Shown here piece by piece: positions 9,439-18,430 of a DNA stretch of 64,000 bases (positions are counted from its first letter, which is position 1; every line of letters starts with the position of its first letter). The position numbers and the translations under genes were made by a program. Location: positions 115,112,397 to 115,176,396 of the forward strand of contig CM097887.1 in assembly GCA_044892525.1 (NCBI GenBank), in the 5' to 3' direction. The notes below the pieces were generated by a model, which made no database searches, had not been told where the DNA came from, and saw nothing but the letters and a program-made list of their open reading frames with translations. This stretch comes from Schmidtea polychroa (lineage: Eukaryota).

Positions 9439-10113
9439 AAAGAGGTGCACCTAGATAAAGGAGGCGAAGTAGTGATAACACAACTCCAACCAAGGAAAGA
9501 ACACAAAGTATGTATTTCAAGGCTAGGACCAGGCGAAGACTGTTTACAATATGTAACACAGCAACAACAGCCAAAGGAATACACGGTCTGTATCGTGAGA
9601 AAAAGACCAGAAAAGGAATGCCGACGATATCCTGGGAAAAGGGGGAAGAAAAGAAAGATCAATGACGGAGAAGACGAGGAAGGAAAACGCCAGAGGGTCG
9701 ATGAGAAAAACCAAGATAATTACGTATCAGAAGAAGAAATGGAAAAAATACAAAAAATGGCAAAAGAAGGGATCAATGAGGAAATAACAAGAATACGAGG
9801 GTTGAAGAAAGGTAAAAGTCAAACAGAGAAAGAGGGAAATGCAGAAACAGCGAGTACAGTGATAAACAATGGAAACTCAGAGATCATCAGCGTAAAACAG
9901 ATGATATGGATCAGCGGAATAATAATGACCGGAGCGTTCATAACTATTACGGGGGGGACGATAAAAATAATCCGAGATAAACAACAGCGTAATAAACTCG
10001 AAATGATCAGAGCCAGAAACTTTCAACATCAAGTAAAAAGGCCCAGTAAAATGAGTCAGGAACAGTGGATGGAGGCCTGGAAGACGCAGTGCCCTCCAAA
10101 TCCACAAATATAG
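9439..10113 (+). CDS. In-frame continuation of the ANK ORF after a single TGA; Cys-containing segment and C-terminal TM
   Basis: Same frame as 6895, separated only by TGA 9436-9438; no ATG at the annotated start (GTG); TM IWISGIIMTGAFITITGGTI at 9904-9963; homolog at 61216-61860 on the minus strand. Confidence 0.75.
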   Translation, partial: KEVHLDKGGEVVITQLQPRKEHKVCISRLGPGEDCLQYVTQQQQPKEYTVCIVRKRPEKECRRYPGKRGKKRKINDGEDEEGKRQRVDEKNQDNYVSEEEMEKIQKMAKEGINEEITRIRGLKKGKSQTEKEGNAETASTVINNGNSEIISVKQMIWISGIIMTGAFITITGGTIKIIRDKQQRNKLEMIRARNFQHQVKRPSKMSQEQWMEAWKTQCPPNPQI

Positions 10114-10254
10114 AAAGGGTTATAACTGTATATAGTTGTAAAAAGTAAGTATATCTTATGTATATAACAGTATCATATTTTTTATATAAGCGCGGTATTA
10201 ATAGTATATAACGGACGGGAGAAATAAACAATATAAAATTAAATAAGATAAAGA

Positions 10255-10638
10255 TTGAGGATGTATGTAAAATTAAGAATGGAGCAAAGAAATAACGAAA
10301 TAAATCGCAATACAACAACCGAAGATATGTGGAAGCAACAATGTGCTGGACTAGCACAACTAGTGTCAAATTTGCAGGAACAAGGACTTACGATGCAAAG
10401 AAACCTAGTTGATAGCCTAAACAAAGGATTTAGCTATTTAAAAATAATCGAGGAGCAGAGAGCAGTAATAGAACAGATGCAAAGAGAGATAGAGCGGATA
10501 ACAAGATACAGCCAGAGACAGGAAGAAGAATTAGTGAGGATGGCGGAAGAAGCAGAATACGAGGAAATGGAAGATTGGTCAGAATGGTTAATGAGTAGAG
10601 AAGAGGGCGGACAGGAGGCCGACTCTTCTGAACCATAA
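10255..10638 (+). CDS. Small coiled-coil protein with an acidic tail, unknown function
   Basis: 127-aa ORF with heptad pattern; conserved in the second copy (MWKQQCA.LAQL, DWSEWL, EEGGQEADSS). Confidence 0.8.
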   Translation: MRMYVKLRMEQRNNEINRNTTTEDMWKQQCAGLAQLVSNLQEQGLTMQRNLVDSLNKGFSYLKIIEEQRAVIEQMQREIERITRYSQRQEEELVRMAEEAEYEEMEDWSEWLMSREEGGQEADSSEP

Positions 10639-10704
10639 TCAAGGCCTAAAATTAAATGTAAATAACTGTAAATAAATATCGAACCTGTATCGATAAGAAA
10701 TTAT

Positions 10705-12111
10705 ATGTGTATAATTGTAGACATGGATAAACAAAAGAGAGAAGAGTTCAACGAAATCATCGAGTTAGTCAGAGATTCCGCAGCAATCAGAATACACAAA
10801 CATGTCATGTGTGGAATATGTGAAAAATTATTAAAAGAACCCCATCAAACCCAATGCGGATGCAGAGTGTGCAAAGAATGTATAAAAGAAACAATAAAAA
10901 ACCGACCACAGTGGTGCCCGATATGTAAAGAGACACTGATATCAAGTTTAGAAGATACTAATGAAGACAAAGCCGCGGTAAAGGACATGTTGAACACTAA
11001 TCTGGGATGTAAAAATACCCCATGTGAATGGAAAGGATCAATATGGAAAGTGAAACAACATCTGGTGGAATGTATGTACAAAGTCAGCCAGTGTGAACGA
11101 TGCCAGAAATTAATTCAAGCTAACGAAGAAAAGGAACATCAAAGTCAGTGTGAAGAAAGGTTGGAAAGATGCGAATATTGCGGAGAAGTAGACACATGGA
11201 AAAATCTCACCATCAAACATCACAATGTCCAAGAGGAAAAGGTATGTGCAGAATTCTGTGGTGAATGCCCGAACGGATGCAACAAAGGGGGAGTAATAAA
11301 ATTAGCCCAGCATCTAAAAGAATGCGAAAGGAAAAGAATGATATGCGTACTAGGCAAATGGGGGTGTCAGAAATTACTACACCGAGAAGACTTGCCACAC
11401 CACTTAACCGAAAATGTAATAACTCACGCAGAGATGTGGTCAACTGCACTACAAGACAGTGAAGAGAAAGTGCGACAAATGGAGATAGAAATAACCTCAC
11501 TGAAAGCATTAGTAAAAGAACTGCTAGAAGAACGAGAGGCTTTTGAACAAGCTCGAGCAAACATAAAAATGCAAATTAATCGAATGGAAATCAGTAACGA
11601 TCAGGCCAAAGTACTGCATCAGAAAATAAATGAAATCAATCTAAATGAGGTAATACCAACTGCACCGTATATATGGAAAATAACGGGAGTAAAAGAAAGA
11701 GTACGAAAAGCAAAAACCGGAGAAGATACAAGACTAACAAGCCCCGCATTCCATTCCTGGAAAAACGGATACAAAATGAAAATGAAGGTATATCCCAACG
11801 GGAACGGGACCGGATTAGATACGCATTTTTCGATCTTCTTTATGCTCTGCAAAGGGGAGTATGATGAAATATTAGAATGGCCATTCCAGGCAAAAATCGA
11901 TATTACACTAATGAACAACCAAAGTATACACGAGCAAAGCTTCAAAACAACGGGGAATCAAATAGCTTACCAGAGGCCCCTCAACGAAGAAGGAGCAGCA
12001 ACAGGAGCACCGACGTTCATTTTACAACAAAGGGTAGAAGATATGGCGAGAAATGATACCGTATATATCAAGATGACGGTTCGGAGGGAAGGAAAGAGTA
12101 GAACCGAGTAA
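10705..12111 (+). CDS. TRAF: Intronless full-length TRAF-family protein (RING, TRAF zinc fingers, coiled coil, MATH), TRAF2/3/5-like
   Basis: RING CGIC..QCGCRVCKEC..CPIC; zinc fingers CKNTPCEWKG, CERC, CEYC, CPNGC; MATH YIWKI..SPAF..GYKM..YPNGNGTG..THFSIFF..EWPF. Confidence 0.95.
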   Translation: MCIIVDMDKQKREEFNEIIELVRDSAAIRIHKHVMCGICEKLLKEPHQTQCGCRVCKECIKETIKNRPQWCPICKETLISSLEDTNEDKAAVKDMLNTNLGCKNTPCEWKGSIWKVKQHLVECMYKVSQCERCQKLIQANEEKEHQSQCEERLERCEYCGEVDTWKNLTIKHHNVQEEKVCAEFCGECPNGCNKGGVIKLAQHLKECERKRMICVLGKWGCQKLLHREDLPHHLTENVITHAEMWSTALQDSEEKVRQMEIEITSLKALVKELLEEREAFEQARANIKMQINRMEISNDQAKVLHQKINEINLNEVIPTAPYIWKITGVKERVRKAKTGEDTRLTSPAFHSWKNGYKMKMKVYPNGNGTGLDTHFSIFFMLCKGEYDEILEWPFQAKIDITLMNNQSIHEQSFKTTGNQIAYQRPLNEEGAATGAPTFILQQRVEDMARNDTVYIKMTVRREGKSRTE

Positions 12112-12304
12112 CCAGGGTGAATAATGTTGTATATAATAAATTTGTATATATCGGTGTATATAACCTATAAAATAGTATATAATAATAGTATGGGATCCAC
12201 AAACACAACAACCCAAAACTGAAGCGAAAAATCCAGGAAAAACATCAACCGAATAATAAAATCCAATAATGCGATGATATTTAATCAGAATCTATAATTT
12301 AGAA

Positions 12305-13360
12305 ATGACACAAGAGAAAACAACTGAAACTACGATGACCCCAAATGATACCAACAAGACACAAATCCCCAGAGAATATAGTGAGAAATGGAACAAGGTG
12401 ATGTTCCAATTAGCTAACCTCACCCGAAATCACATTGAGGAAGCCAGAGAGTACGAAACCCACAAATACCAATGGCTGGTAGACAATTTAAGAACGGAAG
12501 CGGAAACATGTAAAAGGGCCGCAAAATGGGCTTCGTTAGAAAATACTCGACAAGAATCGCACAGTCACTATCTAAAACAACTACTACAAGAATCGCGGAA
12601 AAGACTGACTGATGAGAATAAAAAACGAGAGACCGAAAAACAGAAAGAGGAGAAAAAGATGCGACATCTATTGGCAGAAGCACGAAAATGGAAACGACAG
12701 AACAGAGAAATGAGAAAGGAAATGAAGGAATTGCCTACGAGATTAGAGTACGAGAGCGAGCAGGGCAAATGGGAAGAGAACTTAGTTATAAAAGAGGAAC
12801 TAAAACGGCTAAGAAAGATCGCGGCTCGGAGCCAAACCTGGCAGACCAAGGCCATGGAGTTTGAAAGACATTTAGCCATGAAACTCTCCATAAGGGAGCA
12901 CGAGAATGCAGCGATGGAAGAATTGATACTCCAGCAGTCGGGGCGAGTCGGGGAATTAATAAATCAAGTCACCGAGCTAAAACGAGATGTCAATGGATAT
13001 CAGGGAGCTCTGGAACAAAGAAACATGGTATTGGTAGGAAAAAATAAAAAGCTAGAAAACGAAAGAAAAATGTATAACGAAAATCTCAAAAATTTGAAGA
13101 TAGAAATCGAGAAATGGAAGGGCGACGAAAAGATAGAAGAGTTTGATAGGCAACTAAAGGTAAAAGATGAGGAGATGAGATACCTCACCTACCTACTCGA
13201 CGAGGAACTGAATATCACAAGAGCCTTACTAGATGAAGTTCAGGAACTGAGGGCTCAAATTCCCCAATATTACATACCATATGACCCTATTGCCGTTCAA
13301 CTACAGGCAGCGGTCGAGAGCGATGAAGGATACGGGGGTCAGGAGGAAACCTTCGTATAG
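12305..13360 (+). CDS. Long coiled-coil protein ending in ETFV, unknown function
   Basis: 351-aa E/K/R-rich heptad ORF; its N-terminus is conserved at 58650-58921 on the minus strand (AEAEACKRAARWASLE). Confidence 0.8.
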   Translation: MTQEKTTETTMTPNDTNKTQIPREYSEKWNKVMFQLANLTRNHIEEAREYETHKYQWLVDNLRTEAETCKRAAKWASLENTRQESHSHYLKQLLQESRKRLTDENKKRETEKQKEEKKMRHLLAEARKWKRQNREMRKEMKELPTRLEYESEQGKWEENLVIKEELKRLRKIAARSQTWQTKAMEFERHLAMKLSIREHENAAMEELILQQSGRVGELINQVTELKRDVNGYQGALEQRNMVLVGKNKKLENERKMYNENLKNLKIEIEKWKGDEKIEEFDRQLKVKDEEMRYLTYLLDEELNITRALLDEVQELRAQIPQYYIPYDPIAVQLQAAVESDEGYGGQEETFV

Positions 13361-13534
13361 GGGCTAATAAAAACTTCAAAAATTCAGAAATTGGGACCTA
13401 TATCCCAAACAAAAAAAAAATTAATAGTATGGTAAAAGTATTTAAGGGACTGTAACCCTGTGTAAATAAAAACGATATAAATGTATAAGTATGAGTCGCA
13501 CTGTAGCGCATGATTAATTGTAAATATTATAGAT

Positions 13535-14239
13535 ATGAAGATTGAAGAGATAGTTGAACCCATGAGTGAAGTAGAAGAAGGAGAGATTATAATGGAAGTC
13601 GCAGAAACACAAATACTAAAGAAAGAATTACGAGAAGAGAAACGAGAAAACGAGAGATTAGTAAACAAATATATAGAAGATCGGAAGATAATTAAAGTAC
13701 TAAAGAAAGAATGCAAAATGCTAGGAGAAGTAAAGAGGGAAGCAGCAGAGAGAAATGAATGGCTGCAGGAACAACAAACACGAGGAAGAAATTGGGAAAG
13801 GATTGCAGAGGAATTATGGCAAGAGAGGGCAAGCTTCAAAGCAGAAGAAGTAATCCAAGACTACTGGAAAACAGAGGCGAGAGAACGCCAAACAACCATA
13901 AATAGATTAAATCGACAATTGGAGGAAAACCAACGAGAAAGTGAAGAAATGAAGAAATGGATTCGCAAATACAAAGAAATTGAGAGACAACAACAACAAC
14001 GAAACCCTCCACAGGAGAACGAACAAGATTTCCTAAAAATCGAGTTAAAAAGAAATCTTGACAAGAAACGAGAAGAAATAAGCAAACTAAAAAGGGAGAT
14101 AAGACACCTAAAACGGGAAGCCCGTGAAAAAGATCGGCAATTAGAGATGATGCCGGAATTAAGACACCGGGTCATTAAAGCGGAGTCTACCCTGATGAGA
14201 AATGCCGAAAATAATCCCAAAGGAGAACCGTCTAACTAA
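13535..14239 (+). CDS. Coiled-coil protein, unknown function
   Basis: 234-aa E/K/R-rich ORF, co-oriented and with the same A-rich codon bias as its neighbours. Confidence 0.75.
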   Translation: MKIEEIVEPMSEVEEGEIIMEVAETQILKKELREEKRENERLVNKYIEDRKIIKVLKKECKMLGEVKREAAERNEWLQEQQTRGRNWERIAEELWQERASFKAEEVIQDYWKTEARERQTTINRLNRQLEENQRESEEMKKWIRKYKEIERQQQQRNPPQENEQDFLKIELKRNLDKKREEISKLKREIRHLKREAREKDRQLEMMPELRHRVIKAESTLMRNAENNPKGEPSN

Positions 14240-14278
14240 AAGCAATTAAAGCCAGTGTAAATAATATAATAATAATAG

Positions 14279-14890
14279 ATGTATATTAGTACAATGCGGT
14301 ATGAAATAGTGATAACAGTAATGGTATTGATAAATCACCTGATGGAGAAACAACCATTAAATGCTCAACTGACAAGCATACGAGATCACCGCAATCGAAA
14401 TCAACAAGCCAAACCAGAACCTTGCCAATGCCAATACCCTAGTACAATAAAAACCAACATCCTCCATATAATCCAGTCAACTCGGTCATATGTTAATAAC
14501 GTCAGAAGTCTGTGCAAAAATCACCCCAGATGCCGAATGATGGACCGAAAAATACTCGAACAAGTCCAACACTTCGATCAGTTGGAACAACAAATACAAC
14601 AAGAAGTGTTCGAAAATCCGGCCGAGACAACAGAAACATCCTCAAATAACAGCGACACCCACTACCTTCTCTACGTAGTGGTCACAGAAACTATCTTGTT
14701 ATGCCTCATAACCTTCCTAAAAATCCTCGAAGTTAAGAAAAAATGTCAGAGCTCGAAATCTAGAGCCACAGTACAAAACCCAGCCGAAATAACCAATGTT
14801 ATCCAAACCACAAGCTCACCCAGATTAAACCATAAAGAATCTCCTCAACCATCGTCCAATCGCCCAGTCTACCCTAACACCAGTTCCTAA
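14279..14890 (+). CDS. Putative type I membrane protein
   Basis: N-terminal hydrophobic stretch (IVITVMVLI), four Cys in the predicted ectodomain, TM YLLYVVVTETILLCLITFL followed by KKK, S/T/P-rich tail. Confidence 0.7.
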   Translation: MYISTMRYEIVITVMVLINHLMEKQPLNAQLTSIRDHRNRNQQAKPEPCQCQYPSTIKTNILHIIQSTRSYVNNVRSLCKNHPRCRMMDRKILEQVQHFDQLEQQIQQEVFENPAETTETSSNNSDTHYLLYVVVTETILLCLITFLKILEVKKKCQSSKSRATVQNPAEITNVIQTTSSPRLNHKESPQPSSNRPVYPNTSS

Positions 14891-15499
14891 TTGTAGCAGC
14901 AAACCCCAACCAGAACCATCAGAGTGACCGAACAATGCCAGAACTGAACTAAAAACATTATGTTGTGAAAAACTTTGTTGTGTATATAAACCATCACCAT
15001 AAGTGATGCCTGCTTGGTCTTGATTTGACCTATATCTTATTAATAAAATTCTATTGATGTTTATAATTTTGTTAATCACTATGTTATCTTTTTATGAATG
15101 TGTTTATCTTTTTATGAGAGAGTAAGAGTAGCTCAAGTATGTAATTGCGGGACGCAATTTTATCGGGTCCCCGAGTGATTTGTTGGGCTGAGTCGAAAGC
15201 ATAATCGTCAAATTTAGGACAGATAAGACGCGAACAAATAAAATAAGACCACAAATTGCTAAAATAAATAAATCAAGAGACAAAAGAAACAATAACGTAA
15301 AATATTAAGATTAAAACAAAAAATAAAAAATAGAAAAATTAAAATAAGGTAATAAGATAAGGAATAAAATGACGAAAAATGCAACAAATAATGAGGAATT
15401 TAAGAAACAAATAAAAAATATATTAAAATAAAGAAAAATAAGGAAAAACAACCAAAGAAATAAGAAAAACAAATTAATTTAAAAGTTAAAGCGGTACTC

Positions 15500-15590
15500 A
15501 ATTTTGATTGGTCCGCATAAACAAAAAATTCCTATATAAGCAAACAGCAAATTCAATATAGTTACTGTTTAACAAACACCATTACAGGTA
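15500..15590 (+). promoter_or_regulatory. Putative Pol II promoter (LTR or internal) with first exon and splice donor
   Basis: ATTGG (reverse CCAAT) at ~15507, TATATAAG at 15533-15540, TAGTT Inr-like site ~28 nt downstream, CAG|GTAAGC donor at 15588. Confidence 0.5.
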
Positions 15591-17680
15591 AGCTCATAAT
15601 TTAAAAACTTACTGTTTAACAAACACCATTACAGATCAACACTCAACCATTACAGACGATCACCGACGTACAACCTAAACGACTATCAGGGACAATTAGA
15701 TTTTTAACTCAGTACAATAACCGAATTCAGCTTTTCGACTCAGCTTTTCGAGATCACAGATCGATAAAGAATAAAGTAAGGATGTATTCTTATTATGAAT
15801 TCGAGTAAATGTTTCTCATGGAAGTTAATAGTAATAATGTTTATTATCACAATTTTAATAAAATTTTAATGTTCTCTCCATTTGGTCTCATATTTTAATA
15901 ATCAAATAGTTTCAGTAATGAAATTTAAAACCTTTTATGATAGATAACTATGCATGATGATTTCGATTTTTATGGAATTTATATGAAAATTATGGTTGAG
16001 TAACGTGGAGTTGAGGAGACCTGTACCATGGTGTGAGGAGCCTTCGGGATCTCAGCCGGTGGGTACAGACTTCTTCAATCACGCAGCTGACGTGGGCCGG
16101 AAAGTGGGGGCTTCCTCACGGGTCCGTCGCTGAGGGAATTAAAATGTTGCAAGAATTAGCTGACAATAACATAGAATACCATTCGGATTGGAAGATGAGG
16201 ACGATCTTAAAATCCATGACTGAGGTGGCTACAAACGTTTATTTTTCAAAACCCATCATTCTTAGCTGTTACATCTTGAATTCTTTACCTAATACCCGTA
16301 ATCAGTCTGAATCGCCTAAGTGTGCCAATCGACATTCCATCTTCTGAGTACCAAACCCATTTCTGTTGAAATGCACGTCAATTTCCGTCTGACCTGTAGA
16401 AACTGAGTACCAACCCATTCGTCGACGCTATACAATCACATGAGAAGTATAGATGAAATTTATTGAACACAATTTTTTATTAAGAAAATGTATTACGAAA
16501 CTGTTTTATTTTTAACCAAATTATTTCGAAGTGTTCTGAAAATTACACTCACAGTAGGATAAACTCCCTTCAGTAAAGGACACCTCCGATTGACCTTGTT
16601 AAATTGCAGATTTTTCGAATAAGTCGAAGGAAATGTCCACGAAATAAAGTTATCCAAGTAGAAAACACAATTAACTGCACATCGCGGGGAACAAATCCAA
16701 CATTAGCGTTTGATGAGAGAGCAACCTAGATGACATATTGATTCCACGAATTGATTCGACCCAGTGGTGTATTGCGATCATCTGCGAACGATAATTCCGA
16801 TAATGAGCAAACATACGAGATAAATCACACGCACTAACACACTAGTACTTACTCACATATGCGACATGCAGTATTTTCCCAGTCAGCTACAAGTATTGAG
16901 AACCGAAATTAAAACACGCACAGACAACAAGGCTGGCTCGGATAGATAGCAGGCCGCCTGTCTCATGCTTCCATTATCTGGCATGACGAACTATTTTTCA
17001 TGAGATTGATCTTATTACAGGTGTTTCCCGACATATAGCTAATTTCATCGTAGATTAAAATTTTAACTTGCAGAATGGTAATTCCGAACATTAATAATAG
17101 ATAACGGCCAGGTGATTGGTGCATATTCCAAATAATTTGGTATTAAACGGGGACCCAGCAGCTATTGAGTGGAGATTAATTTTGCCTGCGCATCCGCTTG
17201 CCGAGGTGGGAATTCTGAGTTATGTCCTGGGGGAATAATGCGTTGGTTAAGGGGGAAATCGGAAGGCGTTAACAATAAAATTTTGTTTTCTGCGTTTGGT
17301 CTATTTCCAAAGATATTATTTGAAGGAATTATTAGTTATCGGCTCAATTTCGTTGTCCATTTTGTGTACAAGGAGGTTGGGCATCCCCGCATCTAATTAA
17401 TTACGAATTTGTTTTTGTTGTTTCTCCATTACACCAAGGGAAAGAGGGTCACGGCTTACAACTCGACCGGTAGATGACATTCGAATTTAATAATAATAAC
17501 TCAGAGATTTTCTTCACCCATTAGCATAAATCCCTTCCTCTTAATATATTAGGACCACATCAAAATTAATGTATAGCTTGTAGGAAAATTCATAGATGAT
17601 TAGGCCACCAGGCTGGTTTAAATAGACATAGCGAATCTTGTATTTTATCCTTATTGTTTCTTTCATTCTAGCCATTGAGA

Positions 17681-18430
17681 ATGTTACCAAGCTCGAAGTC
17701 GTCTCTCAAACCCTGCTTCTCATGCTCAGATAAGAATTCTATAATCAGGGATTTGCAAGCCCAGATCGGTCGATACAAGAAAGCGATCGACCATCTGGAA
17801 GGTACATGGTTCAGCCCAGTACAAATGAAGGAGGTACAAAAGAAATTGTACCGAAGCGAGCACTGTCGCGACGCCTTAATAAGCGAGAGTAGGGCCCAAC
17901 GCAGTCTTATCAAAGAGCAGTCCGAGGCTCTACACAAGGTCTACGTACAAGCGGCAGCAACTAGAAAGATAGTGAGTATACCTATCAATGGAGCGGACGA
18001 CCTTTTCCCCGTCCATCATGAACTTCCTTCCAATTCGTCATCTTCGGCTAAGAAGCCCTGCCGGGAATGCGTGGAAGCCGATCTCTCTCCCAGGTCAACC
18101 ATAGTGTCTCCCATTGGAGCCCAGAAAGGGTTATCATCGACCGCGTCTTCCTCTGTCGTACTATCAAACACCCTGATTGTTCCAAAACCCAAGCGTCGAC
18201 AGTTGTCCAGAGCTGAGCGTAAAAAGCGTCAGCGCGAACGAGCAATCGCCAAACAAAGTGGACTATCTGCCGAGCTCTCCAGTACTTCGAACGATCCCCC
18301 TGTAACGATCGATTTAACCGTAGGGATCCCAGGGCGAATCATCTCCGCCGCTGGTGTAACTTGGGAGGAGAATGCCTCCGAATTCTTCGAGCTGGAGGAG
18401 CTGTTAGCCGACGCAGAATGGGAAAAGTAA
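17681..18430 (+). CDS. Basic/Ser-rich protein with coiled coil, NLS-like cluster and acidic C-terminus; probably a spliced accessory gene
   Basis: ATG at 17681 lies 9 nt after a polypyrimidine-AG acceptor (17641-17671); PKPKRRQLSRAERKKRQR; AATAAA at 18567. Confidence 0.6.
   Translation: MLPSSKSSLKPCFSCSDKNSIIRDLQAQIGRYKKAIDHLEGTWFSPVQMKEVQKKLYRSEHCRDALISESRAQRSLIKEQSEALHKVYVQAAATRKIVSIPINGADDLFPVHHELPSNSSSSAKKPCRECVEADLSPRSTIVSPIGAQKGLSSTASSSVVLSNTLIVPKPKRRQLSRAERKKRQRERAIAKQSGLSAELSSTSNDPPVTIDLTVGIPGRIISAAGVTWEENASEFFELEELLADAEWEK

Noticed and set aside
469-15079. Many minus-strand ORFs opposite the giant element (e.g. 8712..9662, 316 aa)
   Set aside because: Shadow ORFs: the A-rich, T-poor sense strand yields F/L/S-rich antisense frames with few stops, and no domain motifs are present.
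15020-15200. Similarity to the 57520-57680 / 49820-49940 repeat
   Set aside because: Limited to AT-rich patches and cannot be distinguished from chance by eye.
16033-17396. ORFs 16033..16347 and 17169..17396
   Set aside because: Non-ATG starts, no motifs, and they fall within the predicted intron or LTR sequence.
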